DNA of 64,000 nucleotides from Candidatus Marinacidobacterium sp. (GTDB lineage Bacteria > Acidobacteriota > Vicinamibacteria > Marinacidobacterales > Marinacidobacteraceae), in the NCBI GenBank assembly GCA_965223075.1, contig OZ244986.1:3204462-3268461 (forward strand). The letters are read 5' to 3'. Under the pieces are notes generated by a model, which was not told the DNA's origin, did no database searches, and saw nothing but the letters and a program-made list of their open reading frames with translations. Made by a program: the position numbers and the translations under genes. Shown here piece by piece: positions 11,667 to 22,925 of the stretch. How positions within the stretch are numbered: position 1 is the first letter of the stretch; each line of letters begins with the position of its first letter.

Positions 11667-12314
11667 ATGACGCGCGCCGAAATCGTCCTGGCGGCTATGG
11701 CTGCGGGGGGACGGGGCGTGTCCTATGACGGTCTCCGCATTCAGAAACTCCTGTTCCTGATTGATGTCGAGATATCGGACTTGTTGGAAGGACCGTATTT
11801 CGACTTCGCAGCCTACAACTATGGTCCGTTCGACAAGAGCCTCTACGAAGTACTTGGGGACCTGGAGCGTCGCGGAAACGTTGCGCAGGGACACGAGAAC
11901 GGTTATGCGGACTATTCCCTGACCTCGGAGGGCAGCGTGGAGGGCGGGCGCGTCCTGGGGACGCTTTCCCCAGAGGCGCGTCAGTTCATGGAGAGCGCGG
12001 CGAAGTGGCTCCGGCTGAGCACATTTCGTCGTATCCTGACCGTGATTTATCTCAAGTACCCCGAGATGGCCCGAAACAGCGTCGTGCCTGAACTCAAGGC
12101 TCCTTCGTTCCGGGCGGCGCACCGTTTCGTCCTCCCGTCATTCCTTTCAGGCGTCTCGCGCATCTTCGATTTCACCGGCAGCCTCGATCCACCCATCTAC
12201 CAGGAGCCGCCTGAGCAGGCGGATGCGATGGCCATTCGTCAGGATTGGGAGGCGGTCGGGGACGATCTCGAGCACGCGCTCGCGGCCTTCGGTCCGCCAG
12301 AGCCTGCACGGTGA
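11667..12314 (+). CDS. Panacea (DUF4065)-domain protein, putative antitoxin-type partner
   Basis: LRIQKLLFLIDVE...YNYGPFDKSLYEVL matches the Panacea KLQKLLYxAQ...YGPVxxxVY pattern; ATG at 11667 with AAGGGAG SD; GC ~58%, lower than flanks. Confidence 0.6.
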   Translation: MTRAEIVLAAMAAGGRGVSYDGLRIQKLLFLIDVEISDLLEGPYFDFAAYNYGPFDKSLYEVLGDLERRGNVAQGHENGYADYSLTSEGSVEGGRVLGTLSPEARQFMESAAKWLRLSTFRRILTVIYLKYPEMARNSVVPELKAPSFRAAHRFVLPSFLSGVSRIFDFTGSLDPPIYQEPPEQADAMAIRQDWEAVGDDLEHALAAFGPPEPAR

Positions 12315-12423
12315 CGAAGCGCCGGAACTCGCGCGCGAAGTCGCCTCCCGTCCGGAGATCGGTGGCGGCTGTTGTGGACCTGCCGCGTCCATCCAGCCAT
12401 CGGGCGAATGGAGAGATCGGAGC

Positions 12424-13272
12424 ATGAAGGCAAGTAACGGAATTGCCCGAAGTGCCCGAGCAGTATTCGTGGTTCACGGGCGCAATACCGAGGTGCGCGA
12501 CGCGATGTTCGAGTTTCTTCGCGCCGTTGATTTGCGTCCGATTGAGTGGTCAGAGGCGATCACGGGTACTGGCAGGCCGACCCCATCAATCCCTGAGATT
12601 CTGAGAGCCGCGTTTGCTCGGGCACGAGCCGTGGTCGTCCTGTTGACACCAGACGACAAGGCGGTGCTGAGAGAGCGATACTGGAAGGAAGGTGACCCGG
12701 ACGGCGAGCGCCGACCGTCAGGGCAAGCACGACCCAATGTGCTGTTCGAAGCCGGGATGGCCATGGCCTTCAAGCCAGAACGCACGATTCTCGTGCAGTT
12801 TGGAAGTTTGAGACCCTTTAGCGATATTGGCGGACTTCATGTCGTTCGCTTTCGTAATGACAGCCAGACGCGCCAGAACATCGCATCGAGGCTGGAGACG
12901 GCAGGTTGCCCGGTGAATCTGGCTGGTACGGATTGGCACACCGCGGGTGACTTCAATGATGCCGTGATGGACGACGACGAGGAGTCGTTCGACGAACAAG
13001 CGCCACAAGCCACTGGATGGCGGGAAGTTTCTGACTTCTCGGAACTCTCTGAGAACGCCAGGAGTGCGCTGCAGACAATGGCTGGTACGGATGCACCCTT
13101 AGTCAAATTCGCAAGTCTTGCTGATACTCGATTCCTCGTTGGCAGACGGTCCTTCTCCCCTCGAGTGTTTGAAGAGATGCTGGAAGCAAACTTGATTCGC
13201 GATGAGTCCGGAGAGGGAAAACGGTTCATATTGACCCACGCTGGATATCAGGCTGCCGATGGCCTCCAATAG
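12424..13272 (+). CDS. TIR-like domain protein (PF10137 'predicted nucleotide-binding protein containing TIR-like domain') with ~130-aa C-terminal extension
   Basis: AVFVVHGRN...AVVVLLTPDD...ARPNVLFEAGMAMA...RTILVQFG matches the PF10137 motif order (VFIVHGhD / LLTPDD / RPNVxFExGyf); ATG at 12424 with GGAGAG SD; GC ~55%. Confidence 0.6.
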   Translation: MKASNGIARSARAVFVVHGRNTEVRDAMFEFLRAVDLRPIEWSEAITGTGRPTPSIPEILRAAFARARAVVVLLTPDDKAVLRERYWKEGDPDGERRPSGQARPNVLFEAGMAMAFKPERTILVQFGSLRPFSDIGGLHVVRFRNDSQTRQNIASRLETAGCPVNLAGTDWHTAGDFNDAVMDDDEESFDEQAPQATGWREVSDFSELSENARSALQTMAGTDAPLVKFASLADTRFLVGRRSFSPRVFEEMLEANLIRDESGEGKRFILTHAGYQAADGLQ

Positions 13273-13292
13273 CTGTCAGGTGTGACGCGCTG

Positions 13293-16169
13293 GTGACAAC
13301 AGCCGAGCTCCGGACCGTCCCGAAGCTCATCGAGGTGGCGCTGCCGCTTGATGACATCAACCGGGCGGCGGCGCGGGAGAAGTCCATCCGACACGGCCAC
13401 CCGAGTACGCTGCATCTCTGGTGGGCGCGGCGTCCCCTGGCGGCGGCGCGAGCGGTGCTGTTCGCGCAACTGGTGGACGATCCGTCGGGGCGGCCGGAAC
13501 TCTTCCCGACCGAGGCGGAGCAGGACCGCGAGCGCGAGCGGCTATTCGGGATCCTGCGGAAGCTGGTGCTCTGGGAGAACACCACGAACGAGGAGGTCCT
13601 CGAAGCGGCGCGGGCGGAGATCCGGGAGTCGTGGCGCCGGACGTGCGCCGACAACGCGGACCACCCGCGGGCGGTGGAGCTCTTCGACCCGGAGAAGCTG
13701 CCGGCGTTCCATGACCCGTTTGCCGGGGGCGGCGCCATCCCGCTCGAGGCGCAGCGGCTCGGGCTGGAGGCGCACGCGAGCGACCTGAACCCGGTCGCGG
13801 TGCTCATCAACAAGGCGATGATCGAAATTCCGCCCCGGTTCGCGGGAAGGCCGCCGGTGAACCCGGAGGCGCGGGCGCGGAAGTCGGTGGCCGGACGGGA
13901 GTGGCGCGGGGCGGCGGGGCTCGCCGAGGACGTGCGCTACTACGGGAAGTGGATGCGGGACGAGGCGGAACGGCGGATCGGGCATCTCTACCCGAAGGCG
14001 CGCATCACGCCGGAGATGGTGGCGGACCGGCCGGACCTGGAGCGCTACAAGGGTCGGGACCTGACCGTGATCGCGTGGCTCTGGGCGCGGACGGTGCCGA
14101 GCCCCAACCCGGCGTTTTCGCACGTCCAGGTTCCGCTGGTTTCGACGTTCATGCTCTCGACGAAGAAGGGGAAGGAGGCGTACGTGGAGCCGGTGGTGGA
14201 GGGCGACTCTTTCCGGTTCGAGGTCCGGGTGGGAACGCCGCCGGATTTCGGAGCCTCGGAAAGAGGTACGAGCGCTGGAAAACGCAGTGGATTCCGATGT
14301 CTGATGTCCGGCTCGCCGATTACCTTCAATCACGTTCGCGTTGAGGGACGGGAGGGGCGGATCGGACAGCGACTCATGGCAGTCGTCGCGGCAGGCGATC
14401 GAAGTCGAATCTATCTGCCCCCCGCGGTGGTGCAACAAACGACGGTCAGCGAAACACCTTGGAATCCCGACGTTCGCTTGGAAGGCAAGTGTCGAGTCAA
14501 CGTCTCGAACTATGGCTTCGACGTTTACAGAGACCTCTTTACGTCGCGGCAGCTCGTCGCTCTGACGAATTTGTCTGACCTTGTCAGTGAGGCGGTGAAG
14601 CGAGCGCGTGCGGACGCGGCACAATCTTATCTGCCCGCCGACGACCGACCACTGGCCGAAGGCGGCACCGGCCCCTGCGCCTATGCCGAGGCGGTTGGGG
14701 TGTATCTCGGTTTGTCTGTCAGCCGGACGACCAACACCATCAATGCCCATACAGTTTGGTCTAAGGGTAGAGGACAGACCGTGAATCTGTTCAGCCGGCA
14801 GGCTATACCAATGACTTGGGATTTCCCCGAGGCGAGTCCCTTCTCGCGAGCGGCGGGTGACTTCGCCATGACTACGGATTCGGTAAGTAAAGTGCTCACT
14901 TACGTCTCAAGAGGCTTTGGAACTGCGGCGCAAGAAGACGCGCAGACACAAGTCAGATCGGTCTTGCGGATCGTCTCAACGGACCCGCCGTACTACGACA
15001 ACGTTGCCTATGCGGACCTGTCAGATTTCTTCTATGTGTGGCAACGGAGGACTCTTCGTCAGACTTACCCTGACATATTCGCCACGGTGTCAGTGCCCAA
15101 AGCCGACGAGCTAGTGGCGACCCCGTACCGTCACGCCAGCAAGCAAGCTGCAGAGACATTCTTCCTTAGGGGAATGACTCGGGCACTCCGGCGACTCTCA
15201 GAACAACCTCATGGTGCATTTCCGATCACCGTCTACTACGCGTTCAAACAGTCAGAAACGAAAACCGGAACCAGAACGGTGAGCACGGGTTGGGAGACGT
15301 TCTTGGACGCCGTTATCCGATCCGGATTCGCGATCTCCGGAACATGGCCAATGCGTACTGAAAGGCCGACGGGCGTAAAGGTTGCTTTCAACGCACTCGC
15401 GTCAAGCATCGTTCTCGCGTGTCGAAGACGACTCCCCAATGCGCCCTCGACTACCCGGCGCAGTTTCCTGGCTGCTCTCCACACGGAACTTCCAGAAGCC
15501 ATCACTCGCCTCCAGGACGAAAACATCGCGCCGGTAGATCTCGCGCAGGCCGCCATCGGCCCCGGCATGGCGATCTTCACCCGCTACTCGCGCGTCCTCG
15601 AAGCCGACGACTCCCCGATGACCGTTCGCATGGCCCTCGCCCTCATCAATGCGGAACTCGACCAGATCCTCTCCGCTCAGGACGCCGACTACGATCCCTG
15701 GACCCGCTTCGCGGTCACCTGGTTCGAGACGAAGGGCATGGACCCCGGCCCCTACGGTGACGCTGAGACCCTCGCCACCGCCCGCGGCGTGGCGGTCGAA
15801 GGCGTCGTCCACGCTGGCATCCTGAAGGCGACCGCCGGCCAGGCCCGCCTACTCCGCCGGGACGAACTCGATCCCGGCTGGTCCCCCGAAACCGACGACC
15901 GCCTCACTGTCTGGGAGTGCGCACAGCACGTCGCCCGCCGCCACGAAGACGGCGGCGAGATGTCCGCCGCCGCGCTGGTCGCCCGCCTCGGCGACCGCGC
16001 CGCCGCCGCCCACGCCCTCGCCTATCGCCTCTACGGCATCTGCGACCGGAAGAAACTCGCCGAAGAAGCCCTCGTCTGGAACGAACTCGTCCAACTCTGG
16101 CCCCGCCTCACTGAACTAGCCCCTACCGCCACCGCCCCGCGCCCCCAAGACCTTCTCAGCAGTAAATGA
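13293..16169 (+). CDS. DUF1156 (COG1743) Zn-ribbon-type adenine-specific DNA methyltransferase
   Basis: N-terminal LIEVALPLDDINRAAAREKSIRHGHPSTLHLWWARRP is the DUF1156 signature; DPPY catalytic motif (STDPPYYDNVAY); GTG start; the central ~1.2 kb has distinctly lower GC. Confidence 0.85.
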   Translation: MTTAELRTVPKLIEVALPLDDINRAAAREKSIRHGHPSTLHLWWARRPLAAARAVLFAQLVDDPSGRPELFPTEAEQDRERERLFGILRKLVLWENTTNEEVLEAARAEIRESWRRTCADNADHPRAVELFDPEKLPAFHDPFAGGGAIPLEAQRLGLEAHASDLNPVAVLINKAMIEIPPRFAGRPPVNPEARARKSVAGREWRGAAGLAEDVRYYGKWMRDEAERRIGHLYPKARITPEMVADRPDLERYKGRDLTVIAWLWARTVPSPNPAFSHVQVPLVSTFMLSTKKGKEAYVEPVVEGDSFRFEVRVGTPPDFGASERGTSAGKRSGFRCLMSGSPITFNHVRVEGREGRIGQRLMAVVAAGDRSRIYLPPAVVQQTTVSETPWNPDVRLEGKCRVNVSNYGFDVYRDLFTSRQLVALTNLSDLVSEAVKRARADAAQSYLPADDRPLAEGGTGPCAYAEAVGVYLGLSVSRTTNTINAHTVWSKGRGQTVNLFSRQAIPMTWDFPEASPFSRAAGDFAMTTDSVSKVLTYVSRGFGTAAQEDAQTQVRSVLRIVSTDPPYYDNVAYADLSDFFYVWQRRTLRQTYPDIFATVSVPKADELVATPYRHASKQAAETFFLRGMTRALRRLSEQPHGAFPITVYYAFKQSETKTGTRTVSTGWETFLDAVIRSGFAISGTWPMRTERPTGVKVAFNALASSIVLACRRRLPNAPSTTRRSFLAALHTELPEAITRLQDENIAPVDLAQAAIGPGMAIFTRYSRVLEADDSPMTVRMALALINAELDQILSAQDADYDPWTRFAVTWFETKGMDPGPYGDAETLATARGVAVEGVVHAGILKATAGQARLLRRDELDPGWSPETDDRLTVWECAQHVARRHEDGGEMSAAALVARLGDRAAAAHALAYRLYGICDRKKLAEEALVWNELVQLWPRLTELAPTATAPRPQDLLSSK

Positions 16170-16350
16170 GGATCCGGTTCTTGAACCCACCACCCGCTGA
16201 TCCGGCATTCTGGTGGGCCTCCGGACGCCGCGGCGCGGCGGAGTCCGTCCGGCCGAAGGGCGACTTGAGATCGCTTTTTTCGTCCATGGCTGCTGCGAGC
16301 GGTCGTTGAACGCCACGTCCTTAAATCATCAGACCATGGCCTAATGATCA

Positions 16351-17577
16351 ATGAGGGTCTCTCACGCAGTGAACACGACAGAAAAACGAGACGGTTTCTT
16401 CGCTCGCAGAGTCGCAGCGCTCTGTCAGGAAATAGAGAAGTGGGCACGCGCAAATGACCTATGGCATGACTGTGGGTTCTTCGACTATCTGGAGCGAGTA
16501 GATCCACTTCGGTGGGACGACACCGCGTACGCGGTGGTTTTGGCTGCAGAAGGCGACTTTGCCCGAGTGATCTTTGCCCGTGATTACTGGGCCGCAGATG
16601 GAGAGCGTGACTTACCGGAAGAGTTTGACCAAATCTTGCAAAGACACGGCTTTTGGTATGAACAATACGATCACACAGAAATGTGGATCTACCCTAACGG
16701 AAACTCGCTAGAGGCGGAATTCAGAGAGCACTTACGTTGGAAGTGGATATGCAATCTGATAAAACCCGACTTCGACTTGCTGAATGAGGAGCTATACGAT
16801 CACTTCGGAAAGACGCCTGATCGGCTACAGGCGTTGGACTGGCGAGACTTCGAGAAACTCGTTGCTGCCTTGTTGGAGTCTCAAGGGTACGAAGTGGAAC
16901 TTGGCCCAGGGAGCAACGATGGGGGCGTAGACATAAGGCTTCTTCAGAGGGATCCAGTTGGGGATATTCTGACTTTGGTTCAGGTCAAGCGGTACAGAAC
17001 TGATCGGCGAATACGGCTTGATGCTGTGCAGGCCCTACACGGAGCTATGACGGCGGAAGGTGCCCCCCGGAGCATGTTCGTTACAACATCCGAATATGCG
17101 GTGAGTGCACGAAAATTCGCGAATCGACACAATGTACCGATGACGTTCCATACGTCGGATGATGTTCAGCAGTGGTGCAGGGATGCCCATAACGGCATCG
17201 TGGAGGACAAGAGGACCCTCGTGTCCGAAAAAAATATCGCCAAGATTATCGAGAAAGCGCAGACAGACCACCGGCAAGTGCTTCACAGTCAAGGTGGCTA
17301 CAGTATGACAATGAACACGTTTGCCGTAGTACTAAAGGCGACGCGTACCTCCGCGCTGCTGTTGGAACTTCCGACACGGACGACCGAACATGACGGGTAC
17401 GGACAGCGAGGCCGCGAAGTGCCTGACTTGGGTCCAGCGCTGCCGCTTTCGCACCTTCGTGGAAACGAGATACGGAGGGCAAGAAGGACACCAGGCAGTG
17501 CTGGGACGTTCTGGGATGGTCATAGACGGTATGCGCCTTGGGGTGGCAAGCCCGTCCATTTCGACTACATGGATTGA
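16351..17577 (+). CDS. Mrr-like restriction endonuclease (Mrr_cat PD-(D/E)xK domain) with ~150-aa unknown N-domain
   Basis: FEKLVAALLESQGYEVELGPGSNDGGVDIRLL...LVQVKRY matches the Mrr catalytic core; GC ~52% versus ~70% flanks; AT-rich upstream (ttaaatcatcagacc); the 3' ~280 nt return to high GC and low-complexity translation, so the true stop is uncertain. Confidence 0.6.
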   Translation: MRVSHAVNTTEKRDGFFARRVAALCQEIEKWARANDLWHDCGFFDYLERVDPLRWDDTAYAVVLAAEGDFARVIFARDYWAADGERDLPEEFDQILQRHGFWYEQYDHTEMWIYPNGNSLEAEFREHLRWKWICNLIKPDFDLLNEELYDHFGKTPDRLQALDWRDFEKLVAALLESQGYEVELGPGSNDGGVDIRLLQRDPVGDILTLVQVKRYRTDRRIRLDAVQALHGAMTAEGAPRSMFVTTSEYAVSARKFANRHNVPMTFHTSDDVQQWCRDAHNGIVEDKRTLVSEKNIAKIIEKAQTDHRQVLHSQGGYSMTMNTFAVVLKATRTSALLLELPTRTTEHDGYGQRGREVPDLGPALPLSHLRGNEIRRARRTPGSAGTFWDGHRRYAPWGGKPVHFDYMD

Positions 17578-17750
17578 CTTGCGGATTCAGCGTCCGGACC
17601 TGGGCGCGGTTTTCGCCCTTTGCGATGCTGGCGATGCCGAGCTGGAGGTCGGCGGTCTCTTGGCTGTCCCGTCACCCTCGTTGACCGGCGTTCCCCCCTC
17701 GAGCATGCCCGGCTTGGCCGGGGTACCGGGAGCGGGTACGCTGGCGTGAA

Positions 17751-21032
<3,282 letters not shown>

Positions 21033-21045
21033 GGGAGGAAAACCG

Positions 21046-21321
21046 ATGCGCGGTGTGCTGATCGAGATTGGCCAGAGGGCCGCCGATTTCGTCCGGATGG
21101 CGCTGCGCCAGGTCCTCCTTCGGCGGCGGGAGCCGTCCGCGGTGCGGCTCCCGAATGCGGAAACCATTGCGGCGTTGAACGAGCCTACGCACAGCCTGAA
21201 GCGGTTCGATTCGGTGGAGGATCTGTTCGCGGACATCAAGGCCGGTACGTCCGGTTCGCGGGCCGGAGCGGGGAGAACTGCGCGAAACCCCCACGGGAAA
21301 AACATCTGTGGTGGGTGCTGA
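21046..21321 (+). CDS. DinJ/RelB-like antitoxin-fold small protein
   Basis: ADFVRMALRQVLL...PNAETIAALNE...DSVEDLFADI parallels E. coli DinJ (SDLVRITLTKV...PNQLTIQSIKN...DADDLFDKL); GGGAGG SD 8 nt upstream of the ATG; begins 14 nt after the DUF499 stop. Confidence 0.5.
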   Translation: MRGVLIEIGQRAADFVRMALRQVLLRRREPSAVRLPNAETIAALNEPTHSLKRFDSVEDLFADIKAGTSGSRAGAGRTARNPHGKNICGGC

Positions 21322-21787
21322 ACGGGCCAGCCTGATTCTGGTGGGATGCGTCAAACGCAAGCGCAGTCAGTCATGTGCCGCCCGGGACCTTTACGATGAG
21401 TCGCCGCTCTGGCGCGGCCGACGGGCATACGCCGAACGCTCCGGCGCGCCCTGGTACATCCTGAGCGCCAAACACGGTCTGTTGGCCCCGAACGCCTGGA
21501 TCGGACCGTATGACCTGGCGCTGAAGCACCTCAAGCGGGAAGAACGCCGAGACTGGTCGCGGAACGTGCTCGACGAACTCCGCGCCCGGTTCCCGACGCT
21601 CACTGGCAAGATGGTGGAGTGCCACGCAGGCAAGGACTATTTGGAAAACGGGCTGGAGGAGGGGCTGCGGAAAGCGGGCGCCGTCGTCCGCCGACCCCTG
21701 GCAGGTGTGGGAATCGGCGTCCAACTCCGTTGGTACCGCGTGCAGTCAGACGCATCCGGCGCCGGAGGGAGAAAGAGAGATGGCTGA
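21308..21787 (+). CDS. Small conserved protein, DUF6884-like (tentative)
   Basis: LILVGCVKRKR...ARDLY...WYILSAKHGLL...PYDL resembles the SCSxxK / ILSAKYGL pattern of DUF6884-type proteins; GTG start overlapping the DinJ-like stop by 14 nt. Confidence 0.45.
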   Translation: MVGAERASLILVGCVKRKRSQSCAARDLYDESPLWRGRRAYAERSGAPWYILSAKHGLLAPNAWIGPYDLALKHLKREERRDWSRNVLDELRARFPTLTGKMVECHAGKDYLENGLEEGLRKAGAVVRRPLAGVGIGVQLRWYRVQSDASGAGGRKRDG

Positions 21788-22682
21788 TGCGGCCCGGCTG
21801 GCGGAGTTGATCAGCGAGGACTTCTACGGAGGTAACCTGGACTTCAACACGAGGAAGCCCGGGAGCGATGACTGGTCGAACCTGCCGGAAGTCGAGGCGA
21901 CGGACAGGATGCCGCCGACGGACGCGGCAGTCGCCACCGATGGGCTCCGCGATGACCATGTGACCGGACGGACAGTGCGTTTGTTCCTGACCTTTGTCGC
22001 GGCGGTGGACAAGATGCGGGATGCGACGCAACTGTGGCGCGCGGCGGGCAATCTGTTCCGGACGAACCCGGAAGTCTTCGACCCTGCGGTCGTGTCCTCC
22101 ATGTCGTTGGAGACGCTGCGGAAACTGCTCTCCAACAGCCGCGTGACCCGGTACCCCGATCGGCAAGCCCGGGCTTGGCGGACGATTGCCGCGAGTCTCT
22201 CCGCACGGAACGGTCCGGTGTGCCGGGTGGTGGATTCGGGCTATGGAGATGCCGCGGAATTGCTCAAGGACGTCCGGAGCCGCGACCGACACGGCCAGAC
22301 GCGATTCCCGGAGCTTCGCGGCGACAAGATCAGACTGATGTGGATTCGGATGATGGCGGAGCCGGGCAAAGCGCGCATTCGCCGTCTGGACACCGTTCCG
22401 GTCGCGGTGGATGTGCAGGTTCGCCGCGTGACCGAGAACTTGGGCGTGACCGATACCCGCGGCCCGGCACTCAACAACAGGATCAAGAAGGAGATTCAGA
22501 ACGCTTGGTCTGCCGCCGTCGCCAATGCCCGGATCGGCGGTCCAGAACGCATCGCCGGGACCTGCTCGGCGCTCGATCCGGCGCTCTGGTTCTACGGCAA
22601 ACACGGCTGCAGCCACTGCGAAAGCGCGAAACGACAGGTCCGCTTTGGCCGGGCCTGCGACTCTTGCCGGTTTCAGATTTAG
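21780..22682 (+). CDS. HhH-GPD (endonuclease III-like) DNA glycosylase-like protein with C-terminal Cys4 cluster
   Basis: VAVDVQVRRVTENLG parallels EndoIII VDTHVFRV around the catalytic Asp; C-terminal C-x2-C-x12-C-x2-C; ATG at 21780 overlapping the upstream stop by 8 nt, with SD GGAGGGAG. Confidence 0.45.
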   Translation: MADAARLAELISEDFYGGNLDFNTRKPGSDDWSNLPEVEATDRMPPTDAAVATDGLRDDHVTGRTVRLFLTFVAAVDKMRDATQLWRAAGNLFRTNPEVFDPAVVSSMSLETLRKLLSNSRVTRYPDRQARAWRTIAASLSARNGPVCRVVDSGYGDAAELLKDVRSRDRHGQTRFPELRGDKIRLMWIRMMAEPGKARIRRLDTVPVAVDVQVRRVTENLGVTDTRGPALNNRIKKEIQNAWSAAVANARIGGPERIAGTCSALDPALWFYGKHGCSHCESAKRQVRFGRACDSCRFQI

Positions 22683-22740
22683 GTGCCATCGGGGTGGGCG
22701 CGATACGCCCCGATCCCGGCTGATGCGCCATCCATTCCAG

Positions 22741-22887
22741 TAGCGATTCGCGGTTTCGCCCGCCTTCGGCGCGCGATGCCGGCCGGAGGCCGGCGTTCCA
22801 AGCCGTCCCCGCGCTTCTTCACAATCGGGGGGACGCGGTTTCGCGGCCCTCCGGGCCGCGGTGCCGGTGTGAACACCGGCGTTCCCT
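22741..22887. repeat. REP-like repeat units in minus orientation
   Basis: GCCGGCCGGAGGCCGGCGTTCCAAGCCGTCCCCGCGCTTCTTC and GCCGGTGTGAACACCGGCGTTCCC hairpins. Confidence 0.8.
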
Positions 22888-22925
22888 GAACGGCGGCGCT
22901 GCCTTGCTGGGTCTCTTTCCCGGGG

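Noticed and set aside
12223-12423. 5' extension of the TIR-like ORF (track start 12223) overlapping the Panacea gene
   Set aside because: The overlap is out of frame with the Panacea gene and the translation is low-complexity. ATG 12424 has an SD and the PF10137 motif begins right after it.
16031-16507. 158-aa minus-strand ORF spanning the methylase-Mrr intergenic region
   Set aside because: Crosses a clear compositional boundary and two better-supported genes. No motifs.
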